From an uncultured Nitrososphaerota archaeon (lineage in GTDB: Archaea; Thermoproteota; Methanomethylicia; Nezhaarchaeales; B40-G2): 64,000 nt of DNA. The DNA lies in assembly GCA_964626365.1 (NCBI GenBank), contig CAZVDL010000004.1, positions 18,178 through 82,177 of the forward strand, given 5' to 3'. Position 1 is the stretch's first letter. Each line of letters starts with the position of its first letter. The notes under the pieces were generated by a model, which did not search any database, was not told where the DNA came from, and was given only the letters and a program-made list of their open reading frames with translations. Positions 27,590 through 36,458 of this stretch are shown in pieces. Position numbers and translations under genes: made by a program.

Positions 27590-29734
27590 CTACTTCAGTT
27601 GGCTTGTGAACTCCTCGTAGAGCCTTAGTAGGTCCTCTCTTAAACTAGGCTTGACGGCCTTTAAGGCCTCCTCAAAGTCCTCCATAGAGACTTCTTCTGC
27701 GTCCCTCCTCATAGCGTTCATGGCTGCCTCTCTACATAGAGCCGCTAAGTCAGCGCCTGAGTACCGTTCAGTGCGTTTAGCGAGGCTCTCAAGGCTAACG
27801 CTCTTAGCTAAGGGCATCCCTTTAGTATGTACCCTTAGTATCTCAAGCCTAGTAGCGTAGTCGGGGGGAGGAATGTATATTAGTCGATCAAACCTCCCAG
27901 GCCTAAGTAGCGCGTCGTCTATCAAATGAGGCTTATTGGTAGCTGCTAACACAACCACATCCTCTAAGGATACCAGCCCGTCCATCTCTGTGAGTAGCTG
28001 GCTAACGACCCTGTCAGTGACACCCGAGTCGCCATAGCCATAGCCCCTCTTGGGGGCTATAGCGTCTATCTCATCTAAGAAGATAACACAGGGTGCTGCC
28101 ATTCGTGCTTTTCTGAAGATTTCTCTTATGGCTTTTTCTGATTCACCTACCCATTTACTGAAGATTTCAGGGCCCTTAACGCTTATGAAGTTAGCTTCAC
28201 TCTCCGTAGCCACCGCCTTAGCCAATAAAGTCTTACCGCAGCCAGGAGGACCATAAAGCAATACGCCCTTAGGGGGCTCTATACCAAGCCTCTTAAACGC
28301 CTCAGGGTGTTTAAGAGGCCACTCCACAGCCTCTTTTAATTCCTGCTTTACGTCTTCAAGCCCACCGATATCACTCCACTTAACCGCCGGAACCTCAACA
28401 TAAACCTCCCTCATAGCTGAGGGGGTTATCTCCTTGAAGGCGTTAAGGAAGTCCTCCATTTTAACTACCATTTTTTCTAGCACATGTGGAGGTATACGCT
28501 CCTCCTCTAAGTTAATCTCCGGCAGGTACCTTCTTAGAGCCTTCATGGCTGCCTCTCTACATAGAGCCGCTAAGTCAGCGCCCGTGTAGCCATGCGTCAT
28601 TTCAGCTAGCCTTCTGAGGTCTACGTCGTCGGCCAGTGGCATTCCGCGGGTGTGTATCTGAAGGATCTCATAGCGGCCTTGTTTATCTGGTACCTTGATC
28701 TCTATTTCGCGGTCAAAGCGGCCAGGTCTACGCAGAGCTGGGTCTAATATCCCAGGTACATTAGTAGCCCCTATGACCACCACGTTGCCCCTAGACTGTA
28801 GCCCGTCCATTAAGGTCAGTAACTGGGCTACGACCCTCCTCTCTACCTCGCCGTGGACCTCCTCCCTCTTGGGGGCTATAGCGTCTATCTCATCGATGAA
28901 TATAATGGAGGGAGCCTTCTCCTGCGCCTCCTTGAATATTTGACGAAGCCTCTCCTCGGATTCACCGTAAAACTTACTCATAATCTCAGGGCCGTTAATG
29001 GCGAAGAAGTTCGCGTCAGCCTCGTTAGCTACTGCCTTGGCTAGCAGAGTTTTACCGCAGCCAGGAGGACCATAAAGCAGCACGCCCTTAGGAGGCTCTA
29101 TGCCGAGCCTCTGGAAGAGTTCGGGGTGGCGAAGGGGTAGTTCCACCATCTCCCTTATGCGCTGGATCTCCTCCTTGAGCCCTCCGATATCCTCGTAAGT
29201 GACCCTAGCTATGCCCATAGCCTCCCTTGAAGGCTCCTGGAGCACCCTGACCACGGTGTTCTCGGTCACCTTAACTACGCCGTGAGGCCTAGCCTTAACC
29301 ACCGTTAAAGTTAATGACCCGCCGCCGAATACCGGTAGGCTTACGTCGTCGCCTTCAACTAAGGCCGTGTCTATTAACCTAGACTTAACGTAGTACTCCA
29401 AGTCTGCATCCACGCTCGATAACTTAACCCCTGAGGGGGCCAGGACAACCTCATGAGCCTCCTTAACCACGGCCTTCTTTAAGGTTACAAGCTCACCAAT
29501 AGCCACTCCAGCGTTCTTCCTAGTCACTCCGTCGATCCTAGCGATGCGTTGCCCTTCATCTTCAGGGTAAGCTGGCCATACAACAGCGCAGGTGGTCTTC
29601 TTACCCTTAATCTCAACTATGTCTCCAGGCTCTACACCCAGTCTTCTCATCACTCCTCTATCTATCCTGACAATGCGACGTCCAACGTCTCTCTGCCTAG
29701 CCTCAGCTACAGTTAATTGAACCTCCTCTACCAT
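27590..29734 (-). CDS. cdc48: Cdc48/VCP-type AAA+ ATPase (two AAA modules), paralog 1
   Basis: N-domain followed by two Walker A motifs (both [15 protein letters not shown]), two Walker B motifs and SRH regions. 714 aa. Confidence 0.95.
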   Translation of the reverse strand: MVEEVQLTVAEARQRDVGRRIVRIDRGVMRRLGVEPGDIVEIKGKKTTCAVVWPAYPEDEGQRIARIDGVTRKNAGVAIGELVTLKKAVVKEAHEVVLAPSGVKLSSVDADLEYYVKSRLIDTALVEGDDVSLPVFGGGSLTLTVVKARPHGVVKVTENTVVRVLQEPSREAMGIARVTYEDIGGLKEEIQRIREMVELPLRHPELFQRLGIEPPKGVLLYGPPGCGKTLLAKAVANEADANFFAINGPEIMSKFYGESEERLRQIFKEAQEKAPSIIFIDEIDAIAPKREEVHGEVERRVVAQLLTLMDGLQSRGNVVVIGATNVPGILDPALRRPGRFDREIEIKVPDKQGRYEILQIHTRGMPLADDVDLRRLAEMTHGYTGADLAALCREAAMKALRRYLPEINLEEERIPPHVLEKMVVKMEDFLNAFKEITPSAMREVYVEVPAVKWSDIGGLEDVKQELKEAVEWPLKHPEAFKRLGIEPPKGVLLYGPPGCGKTLLAKAVATESEANFISVKGPEIFSKWVGESEKAIREIFRKARMAAPCVIFLDEIDAIAPKRGYGYGDSGVTDRVVSQLLTEMDGLVSLEDVVVLAATNKPHLIDDALLRPGRFDRLIYIPPPDYATRLEILRVHTKGMPLAKSVSLESLAKRTERYSGADLAALCREAAMNAMRRDAEEVSMEDFEEALKAVKPSLREDLLRLYEEFTSQLK
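27717..27757. repeat. 41-nt tract identical to 28542-28582 (D2 versus D1 within cdc48 paralog 1)
   Basis: TTCATGGCTGCCTCTCTACATAGAGCCGCTAAGTCAGCGCC occurs twice in the same gene. Confidence 0.9.
28542..28582. repeat. Partner of 27717-27757
   Basis: Same 41-mer. It encodes the [12 protein letters not shown] segment of the other AAA module. Confidence 0.9.
28875..28987. repeat. 113-nt tract, 4 mismatches versus 60075-60187 (Cdc48 paralogs, D1 module)
   Basis: Exact sub-blocks 28875-28912 (38 nt) and 28926-28987 (62 nt). Mismatches only at 28913, 28916, 28924 and 28925. Confidence 0.9.
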
Positions 29735-29772
29735 GCATAGCCCCTTAAGGGGCCAGGCTGTCTTAGGGAGGA

Positions 29773-29784
29773 GTTAATAAAAAA
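29773..29784 (-). promoter_or_regulatory. TATA-like box for cdc48 paralog 1
   Basis: The minus strand reads TTTTTTATTAAC, 38 nt upstream of ATG 29734. Confidence 0.5.
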
Positions 29785-29801
29785 GCGTTTAGGTTTAGTC
29801 A

Positions 29802-31442
29802 TTAAAATTCGCTAAACTTCGAGGAGCTGCTTTCCTTACCTTTCTCCTTTTCCTTCTCCTCCTTCTTTAAGGCCGAGGCTGCTATGATGTCGTCTATCTT
29901 CAGTATCATTACCGCTGCCTCGGTAGCGGACTTAATCACCTGTTTCTTGACTAGTAGAGGCTCTATCACGTTGAGGCTATACATGTCGGCCACGGTGCCC
30001 TCCTTCACATTGATGCCAGCGCTCATGTTACCTTTCTCGTGCTCGGCCCTCAGCTTCACCATTATGTCTATCGGGTCGAGGCCAGCGTTCTCAGCCAATA
30101 TGGTAGGTATCGCCTCGAGGGCCTCAGCGAACTTGAGGGCTGCTAGCTGTTCGCGACCTGGTAGACCTCTAGCCCAGTCCTTGAGCCTAAGCGCTACCTC
30201 AACCTCAACCGCTCCACCACCAGGGAGTATCTTGGGCTCCTGCACCACGTTACGCACGACGCAGAGAGCGTCGTGGACTGAGCGCTCGGCCTCCTTAATC
30301 ATCATGTCGCTGCTGCCCCTAACTAGTATCGACACAGCCTTGGGGTTCTTGCAACCCTCGACGAAGATCATCTTCTCATCAGCAATCTTACGCTCCTCCA
30401 CAAGCTCAGCCTCACCTAGGTCGCTGGGCTTAAGGTCATCAATGCTCGTCACTATCCTAGCGCCAGTGGCCTTGGCTAGCTTCTCCATGTCGGAGTGCTT
30501 GATCCTCCTAGCCGCCAGGATACCCTTCTTGGCTAAGAAGTGCTGAGCAGCGTCATCTATACCCTTCTCGCAGAGCACTACGTTAGCTCCTACCGAGGCT
30601 ATCTTGTCCACCATGTTCCTAAGTATCTTGATCTCCTCGTCCAAGAAGGCCTTCATCTGCTCAGGCGTCGAAATCCTGATTTTAGCTGTAATTTCGGTCT
30701 TCTCTATCTCTAGTGGGCACTCCAGCAGAGCTATCTTAGCCTTCTCGATCCTCTTGGGCATTCCTGGGTGCACTACTTCCTTGTCTATGACTATACCCTT
30801 GACTAGCTGCGTCTCGGCCAGCGACTCGCCCCTCTTCTTCTCGACCTTTACATCGTCGACGTCGACCTGGTACTTACTGTCTACCTTCTTAGCTACCTGT
30901 AAGATGGCCTCTACGGCGAGGTCCGCCAGTAGGTCCTTGGCAGCGGCTACAGCTGCCTTGCCTGAGAGCGTGGTTAAGGCTACCTTCTTCAGGATGTCCT
31001 TGTCAGTGGGCTCTACAGGCTTAGCTATCTCGTCTAGTATCTCTAGGGCCTTGTTCATGGCCTTGCGGTAGCCGTCCATGATCACCGTGGCGTGAATGTC
31101 TTGGTCGAGGAGCTCCTCGGCGTTCTTGAGGAGCTCCCCGGTTAATACTACGGCTGTGGTGGTGCCGTCGCCCACCTCGGCGTCCTGGGCCTTAGCAACC
31201 TCAACCATCATCTTAGCCGCAGGATGCTGTATGTCCATCTCCTTTAGGATGGTGGCACCATCGTTAGTCACGGTTACGTCGCCGAAGCTGCTGACAAGCA
31301 TCTTATCCATGCCCATGGGTCCTAGCGAGGTCTTGACGGCCTCAGCTATGACCCTGACAGCCATGATATTAGCCCTTTGAGCGTCCCTGCCGACGGTCCT
31401 AGAGGTGCCCTCCTTTAGGATTAAGACTGGCATCGACGACAT
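29802..31442 (-). CDS. ths: Thermosome subunit (group II chaperonin), paralog 2
   Basis: Same motif set as paralog 1 ([32 protein letters not shown]). Confidence 0.95.
   Translation of the reverse strand: MSSMPVLILKEGTSRTVGRDAQRANIMAVRVIAEAVKTSLGPMGMDKMLVSSFGDVTVTNDGATILKEMDIQHPAAKMMVEVAKAQDAEVGDGTTTAVVLTGELLKNAEELLDQDIHATVIMDGYRKAMNKALEILDEIAKPVEPTDKDILKKVALTTLSGKAAVAAAKDLLADLAVEAILQVAKKVDSKYQVDVDDVKVEKKRGESLAETQLVKGIVIDKEVVHPGMPKRIEKAKIALLECPLEIEKTEITAKIRISTPEQMKAFLDEEIKILRNMVDKIASVGANVVLCEKGIDDAAQHFLAKKGILAARRIKHSDMEKLAKATGARIVTSIDDLKPSDLGEAELVEERKIADEKMIFVEGCKNPKAVSILVRGSSDMMIKEAERSVHDALCVVRNVVQEPKILPGGGAVEVEVALRLKDWARGLPGREQLAALKFAEALEAIPTILAENAGLDPIDIMVKLRAEHEKGNMSAGINVKEGTVADMYSLNVIEPLLVKKQVIKSATEAAVMILKIDDIIAASALKKEEKEKEKGKESSSSKFSEF
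30341..30418. repeat. 78-nt tract identical to 26416-26493
   Basis: Partner copy. Further exact tracts: 26718-26757 = 30643-30682 (40 nt) and 27253-27301 = 31181-31229 (49 nt). Confidence 0.9.
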
Positions 31443-31482
31443 AGCGCACCCTCACCCTCAGCGGGAGGGCAAATAGCGGGCT

Positions 31483-31492
31483 TCTATAAAAA
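31483..31492 (-). promoter_or_regulatory. TATA-like box for thermosome paralog 2
   Basis: The minus strand reads TTTTTATAGA, 40 nt upstream of ATG 31442. Confidence 0.5.
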
Positions 31493-31501
31493 CTTCTCGC
31501 A

Positions 31502-32851
31502 CTACTTCAGCATCTTCTCCTCGTACTCCTTTAAGTAGGCCATGGACTGCTTGACGTCGACAAAAAGCCTCCTAGCCTCCTCTACGTCCTCTAAGCTCAC
31601 CTTATCCCTGCCGCGTAGCTTCGCGACCTCTAGCGATGGAGTTAGTAACTGCACAGCATATCTTAGAGAGTTCTCCACTCCCAGCTTAACTAGGAGGGAT
31701 AGGGCGCCCTCCTCGAGCTGGACACCCTCTTCAGCCGCCCTTATCTTCAATATCTCCCTGACCTCGTCCTCCGTGTACTCCCTGGTCGTTATAATGAGGA
31801 GCCTGTCAAGTAGGTCTAATGGGATTCCGTGGGGAGAGACTATGTCGGTCCCCCTAACCTTAGTCACGCCTCTATTAGTGGCTAGTATTATTACGGGGGC
31901 CAGTTCAGCCTCCATGGCCCTGCCCAAGAATGAGAAGGCCTCTATATCAAGCGCGGACACCTCATCTATGAAGAGGACCCCCGGTATGATCTCAGCTCTA
32001 CCCTCCTCGACCCACCTTTTGACTTTCTCATCTACATCTTGGCGAACCTCTGGAGGAATCTCGCGTTCCTCCCTACCGCCGAAGAGCAACGTGAAGACGC
32101 TTCCTCGCTGAGCACGCGTTTCATCTAAATCGTGTAAGGTTACGGTATGCACGAACTCCCTCTCCTTGGCTATCGAGCCTCCAGGTAAGGGTACACGTGG
32201 AGCTGCCTCGATGTCGTACTTAACCTCCTCAGGAGCCTCGGTACAGCGTCCAAGCTTAGTTACCCGCCCGGTCTCAGCGTCGATCCATATGACATCCCCC
32301 CTAGAGACCCCCTTAACTATCAGCTCCTGAGCTACAGTCTCGTCCACATTGAAAGTCCTCTCCTCATTACTGGTTTTGAGCCTAAGCTTAGCGCCTATTG
32401 GGACCTGCTGATACGGATTGTAGGGATGTCGGCCTGTCTTTATTTCAAGGTCGGTTACCATTCCCTCATAGATCTTGCGCACTTCCTTTAACCTGACGCC
32501 TATGGCCTTCCTCATGGCCTGCATTAATACCTCGGTCTTCTTCATCTCGGCTGAGTAAATCTCAGAGGCGGTTATCATCATGAAGGGCACGTCCTCGCCT
32601 AGCTCCTTGGCGATGGCAGAGGCTAGGGCTGTCTTACCGGTTCCCGGTGGACCAGCCAGTAACACAGCCCTCCCAGCCATCTTGCCTTCCTTAACCATGC
32701 TAACTATTATGCCCGCCGCCTCCCTAGCCTGAAGCTGGCCCACCATGCCAGCCGCGACGGGGAGCGCCTTGCCATCCTTTAAGCCGAGCCCCTTAATGTG
32801 GCTATGAGCCCCAATACGCTCCCAGCGTCTAGCCTCAACTACCCTGCTCAT
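31502..32851 (-). CDS. RuvB-like / TIP49 (Pontin/Reptin-type) AAA+ ATPase
   Basis: [27 protein letters not shown] and KKTEVLMQAMRKAIGVRLKE closely parallel eukaryotic RUVBL1/2 N-terminal sequences. 449 aa. Confidence 0.9.
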   Translation of the reverse strand: MSRVVEARRWERIGAHSHIKGLGLKDGKALPVAAGMVGQLQAREAAGIIVSMVKEGKMAGRAVLLAGPPGTGKTALASAIAKELGEDVPFMMITASEIYSAEMKKTEVLMQAMRKAIGVRLKEVRKIYEGMVTDLEIKTGRHPYNPYQQVPIGAKLRLKTSNEERTFNVDETVAQELIVKGVSRGDVIWIDAETGRVTKLGRCTEAPEEVKYDIEAAPRVPLPGGSIAKEREFVHTVTLHDLDETRAQRGSVFTLLFGGREEREIPPEVRQDVDEKVKRWVEEGRAEIIPGVLFIDEVSALDIEAFSFLGRAMEAELAPVIILATNRGVTKVRGTDIVSPHGIPLDLLDRLLIITTREYTEDEVREILKIRAAEEGVQLEEGALSLLVKLGVENSLRYAVQLLTPSLEVAKLRGRDKVSLEDVEEARRLFVDVKQSMAYLKEYEEKMLK

Positions 32852-32893
32852 GTAGCATCCAGAGTTACGGTTTTAATGAGTGGCTCAAAAACT

Positions 32894-33646
32894 CTACGCG
32901 CCCTCAATCAATAGGTCTGGTAGCTCCCTCAACGAGCTAAGCACGACGTCCGGCGCAGTGGGTAAACCGCCATCTACGGGCTTCCTCCTAATCAACACTG
33001 CAGCCATACCAGCGGACCTAGCACCATGTACGTCAGCCCAGGGGTCATCGCCCACGAAGACAGCCTCCGAGGGCTTAACCTCGAGCCTCCTAAGCGCCTC
33101 AGCAAATATAGCTGGATGGGGCTTACGCCAGCCAACCTCGGCTGAGGTCACCAAGGTTTTAAAGTAGCGCGAGAGGCCTAGCTTGTTGAGGGTCTCCTCA
33201 GCCATACGGTGGTCGCTAACGTTAGAGACCACAGCCATAGGGTAGCCTAAGCTCTTAAGGCGCTCCAAACACTCGGGTACGTCGGGGTAGACGAAGCGTA
33301 AGCTGACCACCGCGTCTAAGTGCGCCTTCAACGCCTCCTCGACTAGCTCAGGAGTGACCTGCACCCCTACGTCTTCCAAGTCCTTCCTCATCCACTCCAC
33401 GCCTAAAACCTCCCTCAGCGTGGACCTGCGTAGGTCATTGAAGAAGGCTCTATTCCTAAGCCTAACCTCAGCCAGCCGCCTAGGGTCTACCTCCACCCCC
33501 AGTTCGCTAAGTCTACGTACCACGGCCCTTACCGAGGCCTTAAAGGCCTCAGGAGTGTCTGAGCCCCCTGCCAACGTATTGCCTAAGTCGAAGAAGACCG
33601 CTGAGGCTTTAGGGAGCCCCCTCATCCTCGCGCAGCCTCCATCCAC
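32894..33646 (-). CDS. HAD-superfamily hydrolase (subfamily IA-like)
   Basis: Motif I VFFDLGNTL and motif IV VFVGDDPWADVHGARSAGM. Confidence 0.8.
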   Translation of the reverse strand: MDGGCARMRGLPKASAVFFDLGNTLAGGSDTPEAFKASVRAVVRRLSELGVEVDPRRLAEVRLRNRAFFNDLRRSTLREVLGVEWMRKDLEDVGVQVTPELVEEALKAHLDAVVSLRFVYPDVPECLERLKSLGYPMAVVSNVSDHRMAEETLNKLGLSRYFKTLVTSAEVGWRKPHPAIFAEALRRLEVKPSEAVFVGDDPWADVHGARSAGMAAVLIRRKPVDGGLPTAPDVVLSSLRELPDLLIEGA

Positions 33647-33724
33647 TTACGTCGACCCTTTCGAGCACATTCATCGAGGGCCCCCTTAACGTTTTTCCTA
33701 GAGAGGACTGTAAAAGTTAGCGGT

Positions 33725-34672
33725 ATGAGAGTCGATGAGGAGGTCGCTAGCTGCTTAGCCGAGAAGATGAGGTCCTTAGACCTCAAGGTAAGCTCCTTCG
33801 ACGACCCCCGGCTCTACCCTCCCAGGAACTTAGACTTGGAGCTGCAGCTAAACTACTTTATATTCATGTGCTCGATAGACCATAGGACGGGGGCTGGATT
33901 TGGGGGCCTAGTTCAAGGCGAGTGGTTTAGAGGCTCAGAGCTACTGTGGAGGCTAGGCAAAGCTAAGCTCGACGAAGACCCCTCCTTCTTCACGGTCGAC
34001 CACATGAGCCGAGTGAGCTGCGATACCGTGGTGTCGTGGCTGTCGGTTAAGGAGCCCCGTGAGACGGTCATTAAGGGGCCCAGGCTTAGAACTGAGCTAC
34101 TTAGAGACACCGCCAAATGGCTGGCTAGGATGTTTGAAGGGGACCCTCGACGCTTAATTGAGCTCTCTGAAGAGAGCTGTGTCAGGCTTATTGAGCTGCT
34201 TAGGCCCTTTAAGGCCTTCAACGACCCCGTGGCTAAGAAGGCTTATCTCCTCGTTAAATTCCTGGAGAGGAGAGGGCTATTTAAGGTGAGAGACGAGGAG
34301 AACTTAGAGGTGCCCGTGGATAACCACCTTACCAGGGTGGCGTTAAGGCTGGGCCTAGTGGAGGTTAATAGCCCGCGCGCGATTGGAGGTCGCGTTGGGC
34401 TAGGCTTTGACGTGAAGTTGAGGTTGACCGTGCGTTTAGGGTATAAGTTGGTCGCTAGAAGAGCGGGGTTGAGACCTACCTACCTAGACGACCTGCTATG
34501 GTCTCTAGGTAGGGAGCTCTGTCTTAGGAAGAAGCCTCGCTGCACCGCTAGCTCCACGCTGCTTGCTCTAGGGGGGGTGGAGGGATGTCCCTTCAAGGAG
34601 TGCTGTAGGGGCTTTAAGGACGAAAATAGGAGGAAGCTGAAAGAACCTGTCGTGAACACTTGGTGGTATTGA
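33725..34672 (+). CDS. Hypothetical protein, HhH/Fe-S-cluster-loop glycosylase-like (uncertain)
   Basis: C-terminal LGRELCLRKKPRC...GCPFKECC resembles the EndoIII-type iron-sulfur cluster loop but with different spacing. VDNHLTRVALRLGLV is a helix-hairpin-like segment. Confidence 0.4.
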   Translation: MRVDEEVASCLAEKMRSLDLKVSSFDDPRLYPPRNLDLELQLNYFIFMCSIDHRTGAGFGGLVQGEWFRGSELLWRLGKAKLDEDPSFFTVDHMSRVSCDTVVSWLSVKEPRETVIKGPRLRTELLRDTAKWLARMFEGDPRRLIELSEESCVRLIELLRPFKAFNDPVAKKAYLLVKFLERRGLFKVRDEENLEVPVDNHLTRVALRLGLVEVNSPRAIGGRVGLGFDVKLRLTVRLGYKLVARRAGLRPTYLDDLLWSLGRELCLRKKPRCTASSTLLALGGVEGCPFKECCRGFKDENRRKLKEPVVNTWWY

Positions 34673-34717
34673 CCTCAGGAGGTTTTTTATAACGAAGCAG
34701 GCTTCTACGGTTAGGCT

Positions 34718-36079
34718 ATGAGTAGCGTTAAGAAGCCCTCATGCCTCTCCATAGCTGGGCTTGATCCTTCAGGGGGCGCCGGCGTAATAGCCGACGCCAA
34801 GACCTTCATCGCCCTGGGCTTCCACGCAGCCTGCATAGTCGCCGCTTTAACCTTCCAGAATACACGTCTCGTTAAAGGCGTTATACCTATCCCCTCAGCC
34901 CACCTGACCCAGCAGATCGAGGCAGTGTTGGAGGATCTTCACGTGGTGGGAGTGAAGGTGGGCGTGCTGTATAGCGCCGAGAACATCGAGGCCGTGTCAG
35001 AGGTGTTATCCAAGAAGAAGGTGGGCCCACTGGTGGTTGACCCTGTAATCAAGGCTAAGAGGGGAGAGAGGCTGATAGAGGATGAGGGGGTCGAGAGGCT
35101 TAGGCGTAGACTGTTGCCCTTGGCTGACGTCGCAACCCCCAACGTTGAGGAGGCTGAAGAATTAGTGGGATTTAAGCTAACAGACGGCGACAAGGTCGCT
35201 GAGGCCCTAAGGTGCATGAGGAGGATGGGGGTCAAGACGCCGGTGATCAAGGGGTGGAGGCGAGGATGCTTAGTTGAGGACCTAGTGCTACACGAAGACA
35301 GAATTTACCGGTTTGAGAGGCCTCGACATACTGAAGCTAGAGGTGGAGGCTGCGTATTTTCAGCCGCTGTGGCCTCGTTTATGGCTAAGGGGCTAGACGC
35401 CGTTGAGGCTGTTAGAGAGGCGGGCGAGTTTACGCGTAGGTCCATCGAGGCCGCCATAGAGGTGGGAGGAGGCTTTAAGGTAACCAATCCTCTCGTAGAG
35501 CTTCAAAGAGCTAAATTGAGGCTTGAGGCGCTCGATGACTTAAGGAGGGCGCTAAGGATAATGGAAGATAGCCCCGAGCTCGCGCTGTTAATGCCCGAGG
35601 TGAGGATGAACCTGGCTGTGGCCATCCCGGGAGCCGAGGGGGTGCATGACGTATGCGCCGTTGAAGGAAGGATCACTGAGGTAGCCGGCAAGCTAAGGGC
35701 TGTAGGGTGCCCCAGTTTCGGGGCGTCAAGCCACATGGCGAGGCTGCTCTTAGAGGTCATAAAGAGGTACCCTCAGTTAAAGGCGGCCTTGAACGTCAAG
35801 TTTAGCCCTAAACACCTTGAAGCCTGTAAGAGGCTAGGCTTTAGGCTCGCGCGCTTCGAGAGAGCTAAGGAGCCCGAAGAGGTCAGGGTTGAGGAGGGTA
35901 GAAGCTTAGTCTGGGGGGTGCAGGAGGCGTTAAAGACGTGTCTTGAGCCGCCCGACGCTATATACGATGAGGGAGGGTGGGGAAAGGAAGCTATGATAAG
36001 GCTACTGGGGGAGAGTGCCGTCGACGTGGTAAATAAGGCTAGGAGGCTGGCTGCCACTATAGTGGAGGGTAAAGCTTAA
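34718..36079 (+). CDS. thiDN: Bifunctional ThiD (HMP/HMP-P kinase) / ThiN (thiamine-phosphate synthase) protein
   Basis: N-terminal ThiD signature AGLDPSGGAGV plus a C-terminal extension of about 190 aa, as in archaeal ThiDN. Confidence 0.8.
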   Translation: MSSVKKPSCLSIAGLDPSGGAGVIADAKTFIALGFHAACIVAALTFQNTRLVKGVIPIPSAHLTQQIEAVLEDLHVVGVKVGVLYSAENIEAVSEVLSKKKVGPLVVDPVIKAKRGERLIEDEGVERLRRRLLPLADVATPNVEEAEELVGFKLTDGDKVAEALRCMRRMGVKTPVIKGWRRGCLVEDLVLHEDRIYRFERPRHTEARGGGCVFSAAVASFMAKGLDAVEAVREAGEFTRRSIEAAIEVGGGFKVTNPLVELQRAKLRLEALDDLRRALRIMEDSPELALLMPEVRMNLAVAIPGAEGVHDVCAVEGRITEVAGKLRAVGCPSFGASSHMARLLLEVIKRYPQLKAALNVKFSPKHLEACKRLGFRLARFERAKEPEEVRVEEGRSLVWGVQEALKTCLEPPDAIYDEGGWGKEAMIRLLGESAVDVVNKARRLAATIVEGKA

Positions 36080-36107
36080 GTCGAAGCTATAGTTTGCCTA
36101 AGCCCAC

Positions 36108-36380
36108 ATGAGCCTGGAGGAGAGACTAGCCAAGCTAAGGGCTTGGGCTGAGGAGTACGCTAGGAGCAAGGGCTTTAAGGTCAATCCCGACGAGAAGCTG
36201 GTCGAGGCCATATTGAGGGGCTTACTAAGGAACGAAGATAAATACGGAGCCAGGTACTGCCCATGTAGGGTAGTTACGGGAGACCCTGAAAAGGATAGAC
36301 CTAAGATATGCCCCTGCGCCTGGATGGAGGAGGAGGTTAAGGAGAAAGGTAGGTGCCATTGCGGCTTATTTGTAAAGTGA
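36108..36380 (+). CDS. Ferredoxin:thioredoxin reductase catalytic-subunit-like protein
   Basis: CPCR-x15-CPC-x13-CHC cysteine pattern (YCPCRVVTGDPEKDRPKICPCAWMEEEVKEKGRCHCGLF). Confidence 0.8.
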   Translation: MSLEERLAKLRAWAEEYARSKGFKVNPDEKLVEAILRGLLRNEDKYGARYCPCRVVTGDPEKDRPKICPCAWMEEEVKEKGRCHCGLFVK

Positions 36381-36458
36381 ACGAACAGCTGTTCAAACGG
36401 ATTCGCACCGGAGGAAGACATATCTGGGGGGTAGCCATAGCCTACATACCTCGTAGAG

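Noticed and set aside
27590-27598. CTGAAGTAG is shared immediately upstream of both thermosome promoters (also at 31502-31510).
   Set aside because: It is just the last two codons plus stop (Leu-Lys-TAG) of two unrelated upstream genes (Cdc48, TIP49). The flanking sequences are not homologous, so I treat it as coincidence rather than part of a duplicated promoter.
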